From positions 224,001 through 288,000 of the forward strand of contig CAVSHR010000008.1 of assembly GCA_963727625.1 (NCBI GenBank): a stretch of DNA of 64,000 nucleotides, written 5' to 3'. The translations under genes and the position numbers were made by a program. This document shows positions 12,716 through 21,339 of this stretch, in pieces (the stretch's first letter is position 1; every line of letters starts with the position of its first letter). Under the pieces are notes generated by a model, which saw only the letters and a program-made list of their open reading frames with translations, was not told the origin of the DNA and made no database searches. This DNA comes from an uncultured delta proteobacterium. GTDB lineage: Bacteria; Desulfobacterota; Binatia; UBA9968.

Positions 12716-12774
12716 ATAAATCAATACTCAGGCCTGACCCTATTTCCTATTTCTCTGCTGCGGTCGACCCCTCA

Positions 12775-12924
12775 GATGATGCAGGTGACGAGGGCGGCAT
12801 TTCAAGCCGTTGCGAACCTGAATGAACAGGCCACTGACCCCAAGAGCCACACCCTCGTCAAAATCTCTTTACAGGATTCTTTTAAATCCTGCTACCTGCT
12901 AAATTCCTATGGTAGACCCCAATT
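12775..12924 (-). repeat. ~150-bp repeat, copy B
   Basis: Similar to 10548-10697; terminates in GACCCCAATT. Confidence 0.8.
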
Positions 12925-12943
12925 CCTGACGCGTATTTGCTGG

Positions 12944-13363
12944 TTACGCCTGTCTGTCACGATCAACCCTCGCGCACATACCGTAGGCGATCATTGCGAC
13001 TATGGTGGAAAACAAATATATCCATAGAAACAAGGCAGCTCCTTGAGCAAACAGCAGAAGACTGGCCGGAATTACTGGCGTGACGGCCAGAGCAGCAAGA
13101 CGTGGATACCTTTCAACAAAACCGTAAGGCAAGAGGAGCGAGGCAAGACTATAAACAAGCGAGGCCAACACCATTGCGACCACTAGTAAAAGGTACGTGT
13201 ACGCCGCGCTATCCAAGAAATCTATAAGATTAGTGCTTCCGGGCTCACCTCGGAGCCTGAGTTCAAACTCCAGCGCAACCAAAAACACTGGCAAAAACAT
13301 CGCCGCCGCTATGAAGGCGTTCCAAAGAAACATCGATATGAGTTTCCGCCAATTCATCATCAC
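12944..13363 (-). CDS. Multi-TM membrane protein, putative immunity protein
   Basis: About four hydrophobic helices; overlaps the stop of the upstream toxin-like fragment (GTGA). Confidence 0.6.
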   Translation of the reverse strand: MMMNWRKLISMFLWNAFIAAAMFLPVFLVALEFELRLRGEPGSTNLIDFLDSAAYTYLLLVVAMVLASLVYSLASLLLPYGFVERYPRLAALAVTPVIPASLLLFAQGAALFLWIYLFSTIVAMIAYGMCARVDRDRQA

Positions 13364-13831
13364 GGCGATCCAACCGTTACACTACCGCAAATTCCTGTTA
13401 GGCATATGGCACGCGATTCCCGGCTCCGAAACAAGAACTGAGTTGATCCGCCTACGGTCCGCGTAAGCTCAAACGAAGGGAACGGGTCTATGACGCCTCG
13501 GGCGAGAATGCCCCCCGAATTTGCCGTAATAGAGAGATTAAAGTCTATTGCCGGTCCAATGCCGAACAGATCAAAAGAGTTTCGAACCGCACCGCTCAAA
13601 CCCACCGTGTTTCCCCTTACCCCAACGTTTACTATATTACCTTGGCCAATTGTCAAAGCAGACCTGCAGACTTGAACTGCTGCGGCACATGTAGGGTTGA
13701 CCTGAAAACTACCGGTTCCCGTCTCAAAATCGAGGTTGAAAAACGCGCGGGACCGAGTGGGATTTGGAGCAGGATCAAAATCGCGTGCATCTCCCCGAAG
13801 ACCAAGGGCGGCTCGGGATCCAATGGTGGGG
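13360..13831 (-). pseudogene. Orphan Rhs-CT-like toxin domain (DUF3238-like), 5'-truncated
   Basis: Frame stays open upstream of ORF 13360-13656 to the element end: ...LRGDARDFDP...SRAFF...GPAIDFNL...DPFPSFE... Confidence 0.55.
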
Positions 13832-14845
13832 ATCTGGTGTCAGGCCTGAGTATTGACTATTTGGCCAACATTCGTGCGAGTTTCTTCTCGGTCGGCTCGT
13901 CCCGATGCGTCTCGTACCAAGCATAGAGACGGCTGATCATGGACGCATCGCGATTAAGCCGCCGCCCTAGTTCCTTCGTCGTCAGTCCACACTGTTGCCG
14001 TGCCAGGTACACCAGCTGCGCTCTCATGGCCACCCATCGACGCTGCCGCCCGACGTGCAGCAATACCTCGCTTTTCACATCATGGGCTTGTGCAATCGTT
14101 TCGAGCAGCCGGGCAAAGCTCACTTTATTTCCCCTTATCTCAACTTCTCGGGCTTCGCTACGCTCGGCCACCTTGCTTAAAAATCGCTCTTCACCCAAAA
14201 AGCGCTGGTCGATGGTTTCATAGTACTTCTCGTCGTGCCCCTGTTTGAAACCGTCTTCGATAAACCCCTGGTATCTCCGCCGGGCGGCTCCCAGGGTCGA
14301 GCCAAACTGGCCAAGCGTTGCTTCGGTGTCGACTTTGACGGCAGCCGGTTTGCCCAGATACGCCCCGTGGCTGCTCCAGCGATAGCGCCACGGATTCTCG
14401 GGGACTTTCAATCGAGCCGGATTGAGATGGATATAGCGCACCAGTTCAAGCAGGTAGGCGTCGCGGTCGCAGAGGATCGCCTTGTAGCGGCCTTGAAACA
14501 GGTGGCCGACCTTGCCGTGGCGGCGGTTGAATATCTGGGTATAGCTTCCTTGGATGCCCTGCATGATCTTGGACAGTCCAACACGCTTGGTCTCGATCAG
14601 GATGTGGACGTGGTTGGCCATCAAGACATAAGCATGGAGCCGAAAGCCGTAGCGCTGGCGATAGTGCTCGATGCGTTGGAGGTAGCTCTGGCGGTCGTGA
14701 TCGTCGTGGAAGGTCTTCTGGCGCTGGTTGCCGCGCACGATGACGTGGTACAAGGCACCGTCAAACTCGACTCGGGGCTTTCGCGCCATGCCGGGCACAG
14801 TATCAGTGGAGAAGACTGAATGTCAAATAAATCAATACTCAGGCC
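13832..14845 (-). mobile_element. HUH/Y1 transposase element, copy 2 (upstream IR shortened)
   Basis: ATCTGGTGTCAGGCCTGAGTATTGA at 13832; TCAATACTCAGGCC at 14832-14845. Confidence 0.88.
13857..14789 (-). CDS. RAYT-like Y1 transposase, copy 2
   Basis: Nearly identical to 11747-12679. Confidence 0.93.
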   Translation of the reverse strand: MARKPRVEFDGALYHVIVRGNQRQKTFHDDHDRQSYLQRIEHYRQRYGFRLHAYVLMANHVHILIETKRVGLSKIMQGIQGSYTQIFNRRHGKVGHLFQGRYKAILCDRDAYLLELVRYIHLNPARLKVPENPWRYRWSSHGAYLGKPAAVKVDTEATLGQFGSTLGAARRRYQGFIEDGFKQGHDEKYYETIDQRFLGEERFLSKVAERSEAREVEIRGNKVSFARLLETIAQAHDVKSEVLLHVGRQRRWVAMRAQLVYLARQQCGLTTKELGRRLNRDASMISRLYAWYETHRDEPTEKKLARMLAK

Positions 14846-14865
14846 CTAACGCATGACCGAAAAGC

Positions 14866-15283
14866 TTAGCTGTCGATCCTTAGATACACTAACTTATTAT
14901 CTACGAAAACTATTTTATCCTGGCGATTTTTAACCTCTTTTGTCAAAATGCACGCCCGGGATTGTCCATCAACGTCAACATCTTGAGGTGGAATACCGGA
15001 TTGTTCAAAAGTGCCAGGTTCAAAGCCAGGAGGACATGTAGTCGTGAAATTATTTCTGATATTTGTCGGCAACGAAAAAATGGTCAAGGTGGCTCCCTGG
15101 CCAAAAAAAGCATCGTGCTGGTCTCGCTGCCATGTCACACGCAGGCCGTCGGGCAGAGGAAACCCTATAATCCCTTCAACAATACGAACTGGCGACAAAA
15201 GCCATGAATAGACCTCGCGCCATGAACCCACGCACGGAACAATTACCGAGAAAGGAAATTGTGATCAACCAAGACTTGCGCAT
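14866..15283 (-). CDS. Putative immunity protein (N-terminal frameshift near 15247)
   Basis: ORF 14866-15231 directly downstream of the Rhs CT; ATG at 15283 gives a hydrophobic leader if one G is removed. Confidence 0.5.
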
Positions 15284-15289
15284 GTTTTT

Positions 15290-16868
15290 TCACCTCGGTT
15301 TCACATACTGCCCATAGGTTATGTCGAATGGGGCACAATTGCCTCCAATCGCACATGTTGCTTGGATAATTAAACTAATACCGTTACGGTGAGTAAGCAA
15401 CTTGCTCTGTTGTATGTTAAAGTTGTAATTATCGTAAAATCCAATTGCTTGACCGTTTGTATTGTAAAAAACACTTGCGGTACCGAAAAGCAAAGTCGAA
15501 ATTTGAATTCGGACCAAAATCGAACTGCTTTCGTATAAGAATCTGACCGCTCAACTTAATTACGTAATACTAAGTGGACTTCGATTCGACACCCAGTCCG
15601 TTACTTCGTTGAACTGAGATGGGGACAATCGTACGCCGTTGTTCTGTCCTAACCAGTATTTTTCAAAAAGCGATTTTTCGAATTCTGTGTTTAATCTAGA
15701 ATGATTTCGTATTACATTCCCTATGAGCCCCAAGTCCGGATGTGAAGATCGTCCTCCGCGTCCGCCAGGATAGTCGTTTCCTGCTGAAGCCAGAAGGACG
15801 GGACTAAAGAACCCTCCTCCGCCTGCATTGCTAACCCAGGAATCTGCGGATCGCCGGTATCAGGAACAAATCCTCCCTGATTTGTTCAACCCAACTGAAA
15901 ACTGGTTGCGATATCCCGAATCAATCCCGCTGTCCCCAAGACGTGCTGAACCCCACACCGGCCTCCGCTAAAGTCGAAAATCCTCCTGGCGGCAAACCAG
16001 TCGCGATCGAGACAAAATCAAGTATGACGCTAAAGATCTTTCCGAAGATACTATTAAAAAACCCGCCCTTTTTCTTATGCCTGTGGAAATACCCGCTGGG
16101 ATCGGTGTAATTTTGCGGGCTGTTTAAGACGTAGCTGTAGCGGTTGAGGTTCTGGGGATCGAAGGGCGTTTGGACAAATGGATCGGCGGAGATGAATCTC
16201 CCAATCTCGGCGTCGTAATACCGGCCACCGTAATAGTAGAGTCCGGTCTCCGGATCCAGCTCTTTGCCCGTGAACCGATGGGTTGGATCGATGGTGCCTT
16301 CTGAACGCGAAATCGTTCCCCAAGGATCGTATTCGACGAGCTGGACTCTCGTCCCGTTGATGTCGGTGACGACATTGACGCTGCCCAGATGATCGTTGTG
16401 GTAGAAGTATTTGTTGGCCCCCCGCTTTGAGGCAACGTTTTCATCGCCGATGCGGATGTATTTGATCACCACTCCGTTCGGATCGATCTCGTAGCCCGAA
16501 AAGGGGTAAATCGTAATACCGGTCGGAGCGTTCTTCTTCACCCGCACACCGCCATAGTCGTACTCCATCGAAGTGCTGCCGCCGCCGGAGATGGCAATAC
16601 TGCTGACCCGGTTGTCGATGTCCCAGGTGAGGGTCTGGTTGCCCCTCGTCAGCATGTTGCCGTTGGCGTCGTAGGTGTAGCTCTTGCTCGAGACCCGCGT
16701 GATTGGTGACCGCCGAGGGGTGCATCGAATCGCCGTAGCTTAAGGTCGATCCGCACTTGTCGGTGAGATTGCCGATGGAGTTGTAGGTATAGGAACAGTT
16801 CTGCTGGGACTGACCGGCGCCGAAGGTCCCTGCGCCGGTGATCATGCGGTTCAGATCGTCGTAGGCAG
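15290..16868 (-). pseudogene. 5'-truncated Rhs/YD-repeat gene with distinct C-terminal toxin region
   Basis: YD repeats, FTGKELDPETGLYYYGGRYYD, NRYSYVLNSPQNYTDPSG core; CT fragment ends FYDNYNFN...FDITYGQYVKPR; frameshifts. Confidence 0.85.
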
Positions 16869-17893
16869 AATCTGGTGTCAGGCCTGAGTATTGACTATTT
16901 AGCCAACAATCGTGCGAGTCTCTTTTCGGTCGGCTCGTCCCGATGCGTCTCGTACCAAGCATAGAGACGGCTGATCATGGACGCATCGCGATGAAGCCGC
17001 CGCCCTAGTTCCTTCGTCGTCAGTCCACACTGTTGCCGTGCCAGGTACACCAGCTGCGCTCTCATGGCCACCCATCGACGCTGCCGCCCGACGCGCAGCA
17101 ATACCTCGCTTTTCATATCATGGGCTTGTGAAATCGTTTCGAGCAGCCGGGCAAAGCTCACTTTATTTCCCCTTATCTCAACTTCTCGGGCTTCGCTACG
17201 CTCGGCCACCTTGCTTAAAAATCGTTCTTCACCCAAAAAGCGCTGGTCGATGGTTTCATAGTACTTCTCGTCGTGCCCCTGTTTGAACCCGTCTTCGATA
17301 AACCTCTGGTATCCCCGCCGGGCGGCTCCCAGGGTCGAGCCAAACTGGCCAAGCATTGCTTCGGTGTCGACTTTGACGGCACTCGGTTTGCCCAGATACG
17401 CCCCGTGGCTGCTCCAGCGATAGCGCCACGGATTCTCGGGGACTTTCAATCGAGCCGGATTGAGATGGATATAGCGCACCAGTTCAAGCAGGTAGGCGTC
17501 GCGGTCACAGAGGATCGCCCGGTAGCGGCCTTGAAACAGGTGGCCGACCTTGCCGTGGCGGCGGTTGAATATCTGGGTGTAGCTTCCTTGGATGCCCTGC
17601 ATGATCTTGGACAGTCCAACACGCTTGGTCTCGATCAGGATGTGGACGTGGTTGGCCATCAAGACATAAGCATGGAGCCGAAAGCCGTGGCGCTGGCGAT
17701 AGTATTCGATCCGTTGGAGGTAGCTCTGGCGGTCGTGATCGTCGTGGAAGGTCTTCTGGCGCTGGTTGCCGCGCACGATAACGTGGTAGAAGGCGCCGTC
17801 AAACTCGACTCGGGGCTTTCGCGCCATGCAGCCACAGTATCAGTGGGGAAGACTGCAACGTCAAATAAATCAATACTCAGGCCTGACCCTATT
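16869..17893 (-). mobile_element. HUH/Y1 transposase element, copy 3 (complete IR)
   Basis: IR at 16877-16894 and 17870-17887. Confidence 0.88.
16895..17827 (-). CDS. RAYT-like Y1 transposase, copy 3
   Basis: 310 aa, a few substitutions relative to copies 1 and 2. Confidence 0.93.
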   Translation of the reverse strand: MARKPRVEFDGAFYHVIVRGNQRQKTFHDDHDRQSYLQRIEYYRQRHGFRLHAYVLMANHVHILIETKRVGLSKIMQGIQGSYTQIFNRRHGKVGHLFQGRYRAILCDRDAYLLELVRYIHLNPARLKVPENPWRYRWSSHGAYLGKPSAVKVDTEAMLGQFGSTLGAARRGYQRFIEDGFKQGHDEKYYETIDQRFLGEERFLSKVAERSEAREVEIRGNKVSFARLLETISQAHDMKSEVLLRVGRQRRWVAMRAQLVYLARQQCGLTTKELGRRLHRDASMISRLYAWYETHRDEPTEKRLARLLAK

Positions 17894-17915
17894 CCCTCTC
17901 CCTATTCCCTCTCCC

Positions 17916-18350
17916 CAATCGAGCCGGATTGAGATGGATGTAGCGCACCAGTTCGAGCAGGTAGGCGTCGCGGTCGCAGAGGATCGCCTTGTAGCGTCCT
18001 TGAAATAGGTGGCCGACCTTGCGGTGGCGGCGGTTGAATATCTGGGTGTAGCTTCCTTGGATCCCCTGCATGATCTTGGATAGCCCAACGCTCTTGGTCT
18101 CGATCAGGATGTGGACGTGGTTGGCCATCAAGACGTAAGCGTAGAGCCGAAAGCCGTAGCGCTGGCGATAGTGCTCGATGCGTTGGAAATAGCTCTGGCG
18201 GTCGTGATCGTCGTGAAAGGTCTTCTGGCGCTGGTTACCGCGCACTATGACATGGTAGAAGGCACCGTCAAACTCGACTCGGGCTTTCGTGCCATGCCGC
18301 CACCGTATCAGTGGAGAAGACTCAATGTCAAATAAATCAATACTCAGGCC
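17916..18350 (-). mobile_element. Partial element copy 4 (5' part of transposase plus upstream end)
   Basis: Transposase from ATG 18295 (1-bp deletion near 18281) to RYIHLNPARL, cut by the end of copy 3; TCAATACTCAGGCC at 18337-18350. Confidence 0.85.
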
Positions 18351-18371
18351 CCAATTCCTGACGCTTGGACC

Positions 18372-18878
18372 CTATTCTTCTCTACTCTGGATTTCCTCCT
18401 CGTAAAATGCCACCTCAAATCCACATTCAAGATTTAGTTCGGCGAGAAGACTCATTTGCTCGGGCCAAAGGGTTGGCCCACCATCCCCCGCAGCGGACCA
18501 CCACACACAAGTAACTGCCATGACTACATCTTCGGCTTCCTGAATCGCGCGTAGCTTATCTTTCACAGGAAAAAGCCGCGCGAGCAACCAATCGAGATGC
18601 CTTCTAACATCTTTCGATTGAACGTGACCTTCTGAGGAAAGAAACCATCCTCCGATTTTGGCCTCTCTCCCGACACCACGAGAGTTTTTTTTGATTTCGC
18701 CTTTCGACTGGCTATTGGTTGCTTCGATCCCGAGGAGGGTTGTAATTGAGCCCGGATCGAGCCTATGTCCGTAGATTCGTAGTTTAGCCAACGTTCTTTC
18801 GCATGTTTCATAGGCATCATTGATCGGGGTTAGCCGTGAAGCTTCTATTCGCATAAAATCCTCATCGAACGAATTCAC
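18372..18878 (-). CDS. DUF4279-like putative immunity protein
   Basis: LRIYGHRLDPGSITTLLGIEAT...GWFLSSE...HLDWLL pattern; overlaps the Rhs CT stop. Confidence 0.7.
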   Translation of the reverse strand: MNSFDEDFMRIEASRLTPINDAYETCERTLAKLRIYGHRLDPGSITTLLGIEATNSQSKGEIKKNSRGVGREAKIGGWFLSSEGHVQSKDVRRHLDWLLARLFPVKDKLRAIQEAEDVVMAVTCVWWSAAGDGGPTLWPEQMSLLAELNLECGFEVAFYEEEIQSREE

Positions 18879-21028
18879 TAATATTCCCTATAATATTTCC
18901 AGCCTTGTCGAGGTAATTACCAATAGCATCTATTTTGCCATGAAAATCTGAGCCTTTTCCATAGAAATCCTTTAGCTCCTCAACGGCACGCCCCCATTCT
19001 CGCGGAGTGCGGTCAATGTCAAAAAACTTGTTAAGAGCTTTCGCGGTACTCGACCGAATTGTGTTGCCTCCGCTTTGCAGGATACGTACACGAGCGGCAC
19101 CCACGGTACCTTCTGCAAAGCTACCGCTAAGCCGGGGAAGTATGACCTTCGGAGCCTGCTGTAGTGCTTTTAAAATTCCGACGCGCGCAATGCCCACCAG
19201 ACCTGTGAGGATATCGATTGGGTCGATGAGCGGCTGATCCAATCCCGGTTCATCCATCCACGGTGGGCGCGAACGGATTCCGAAATCTGATCTAGCGTCA
19301 CTCACTACGGTTCCCCCTGTGACGTCGGCTTGCGCTACCTGTATCCCCGGCGCGAATCCGCTTGCGAAGACCCCTGCGTGACTCGCCGCCACTGCGGAAG
19401 CCAGAAGAGCTGGAGATTCAAGCCCTGGCGGAGCCAACCCTCCCAACAGGCCCGCAGTAAATCCCCCAGATGAGCCCGCCGAGAAACGGATTCCCGCCAT
19501 TCAGCGCGGCATTGACCGCACCACCAACTGCGCCGCCTACCGCTCCTGCAACCAGCGCCGGATAACCAGCGCCGTAGGTTACCACTGTGATGATGGCACC
19601 GATGAAAAACCCAAAGAAACTCCTGAAAAACCCGCCCTTCTTTTTCTTATGCCTGATGAAAATACCCACTCGGGTCGGTGTAGTTCTGCGGGCTGTTGAG
19701 GACGTAGCTGTAGCGGTTGAGATTCTGGGGATCGAAGAGCGTTCATGAACAAACGGATCGGCGGAGATGAATCTCCCGACCTCGGCGTCGTAATACCGGC
19801 CACCGTAATAGTAGAGGCCGGTCTCCGGATCTAGCTCTTTGCCGGTAAACCGATGGGTGGGATCGACGGTGCCTTCCGAGCGCGAGATGGTGCCCCACGG
19901 GTCGTATTCGACGAGCTGGACCCTCGTCCCGTTGATGTCGGTGACGACATTGACACTGCCCAGATGATCGTTGTGATAGAAGTATTTGTTGGTCCCCCGT
20001 TTTGCGGCAACGTTTTCATCGCCGATGCGGATGTATTTGATCACCACTCCGTTGGGATCGATCTCGTAGCCCGAAAAGGGATAGATGAAGGTACCGGCCG
20101 GAGCGTTCTTCTTCACCCGCACACCGCCATAGTCGTACTCCATCGAAGTGCTGCCGCCGCCGGAGATGGCAATACTGCTGACCCGGTTGTCGATGTCCCA
20201 GGTGAGGGTCTGGTTGCCCCTCGTCAGCATGTTGCCGTTGGCGTCGTACGTGTAGTTCTTGCTCAGGCCCGCATGATTGGTGACCGCGGAGGGGTGCATC
20301 GAATCGCCGTAGCTTAAGGTCGATCCGCACTTGTCGGTGAGATTGCCGATGGCGTTGTAGGTATAGGAACAGTTCTGCTGGGACTGACCGGCGCCGAAGG
20401 TCCCTGCGCCGGTGATCATGCGGTTCAGATCGTCGTAGGTAAACGTCCGGCTCGCGGTAAAGAGACTGTCGGTGATGGACGTGACGTTGCCGTTGTTGTC
20501 GTAGCCGTAGGATAAATTCTGCTGGTTGCCTGAGGTGGCCTTGTTGGTCACCCGGAAGTTGTTAACGTTATACGTCCAGGTGGTGGTGAGATTATTGGCG
20601 TAGGTAAGCTGGGTTTTCTGGCCGCGGGCATTGTAGGTGATGCCGTTGATGTAGCCGGGCGCGGTGTTTAACCAGCCGGCTTCGTTGTACGTATACGTGA
20701 CCGTTTCACTGTCGGGGAATGTCTCGCTGGTGATGCGGTTGAGGGCGTCGTAGCTTTGCGCCATGGTTTGCCACACGCCCAAGAGCAGGCGCTGGGTCTG
20801 GGTCGTCCTGCCCAACTGATCGTAGGCAAATTTGGTCGTGGTCGCCTGATCGACGATTTGTGTCACCCGGCCCTTCGAATAGGGCACCGCGGCATCGTCA
20901 TAGGTCCAGGTAATGAGCGTCGTCGCGCAGGTCGATCCCTGCTTTTTGGTAGTGGGGCGGCCTAAGGAATCGTAATCGAAACAGAGCGTCTGGCCATTGG
21001 CGTCTTTCTGGGTGACGAGATCGCCGGC
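18862..21028 (-). pseudogene. 5'-truncated Rhs/YD-repeat polymorphic toxin with C-terminal toxin domain
   Basis: YD repeats open from 21028 (AGDLVTQKDANGQ...), Rhs core, Gly-rich hydrophobic linker, CT ...QSGGNTIRSSTAKALN...DFHGKID...; several frameshifts at ~19470-19750. Confidence 0.88.
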
Positions 21029-21243
21029 AATCTGGTGTCAGGCCTGAGTATTGACTATTTGGCTAACAATCGTACGAGTCTCTTCTCGGTCGGCTCGTCC
21101 TGATGCGTGTCGTTCCATGCCTAGAGACGGCTGATCATGGATGCATCGCGATGCATCCGCCGCCCTAGTTCCTTCGTCGTTAGTCGATACCGTTGCCGTG
21201 CCAGGTGCACCAGCTGCGCTCTCACGGCCACCCAACGACGCTG
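21029..21243 (-). mobile_element. Partial, decayed element copy 5 (downstream end plus HTH-coding tail)
   Basis: AATCTGGTGTCAGGCCTGAGTATTGA at 21029 followed by diverged transposase 3' sequence. Confidence 0.85.
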
Positions 21244-21339
21244 TCCGATTAGTGGTTGAAGAGAGCGTGGCACAATTTCGCCATGATGGTACATAACTGC
21301 TCCCTCCGTTGGGTCCGGAATGGCTCCGAAGTCATTTAT

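Larger units (their letters stand above)
11721..12744 (-). mobile_element. HUH/Y1 transposase element, copy 1 (complete, 18-bp terminal IR)
   Basis: GTCAGGCCTGAGTATTGA (11729-11746) / TCAATACTCAGGCCTGAC (12721-12738) flank one transposase ORF. Confidence 0.88.

Noticed and set aside
14843-14852. GCGTTAG junction resembling an integron attC core (GTTRRRY)
   Set aside because: Only a near match, the other two sites read GCGTCAG, no paired inverse core or attC hairpin is visible, and there is no tyrosine integrase in the window.
11721-17893. Classical IS200/IS605 element with TnpB or canonical REP/RAYT locus
   Set aside because: No tnpB, no subterminal hairpins and no GTAG-tailed REP palindromes seen; the ends are TIR-like.
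11829-17932. Repeated plus-strand ORFs inside the island (e.g. 12125-12466, 14235-14819, 17273-17932)
   Set aside because: Antisense shadows of the transposase copies.
16057-20439. Duplicated Rhs segment as a DGR template/variable repeat pair
   Set aside because: No reverse transcriptase in the window, and the differences are not adenine-specific.
11721-21054. Repeated 18-26-bp sequences as a CRISPR array
   Set aside because: They are kilobases apart, inverted around genes, with no regular spacers and no cas genes.
21268-21282. TGGCAC sigma54-like site at the island edge
   Set aside because: GG-to-GC spacing is 9 nt rather than 10, and it points into the 3' end of tsaC.
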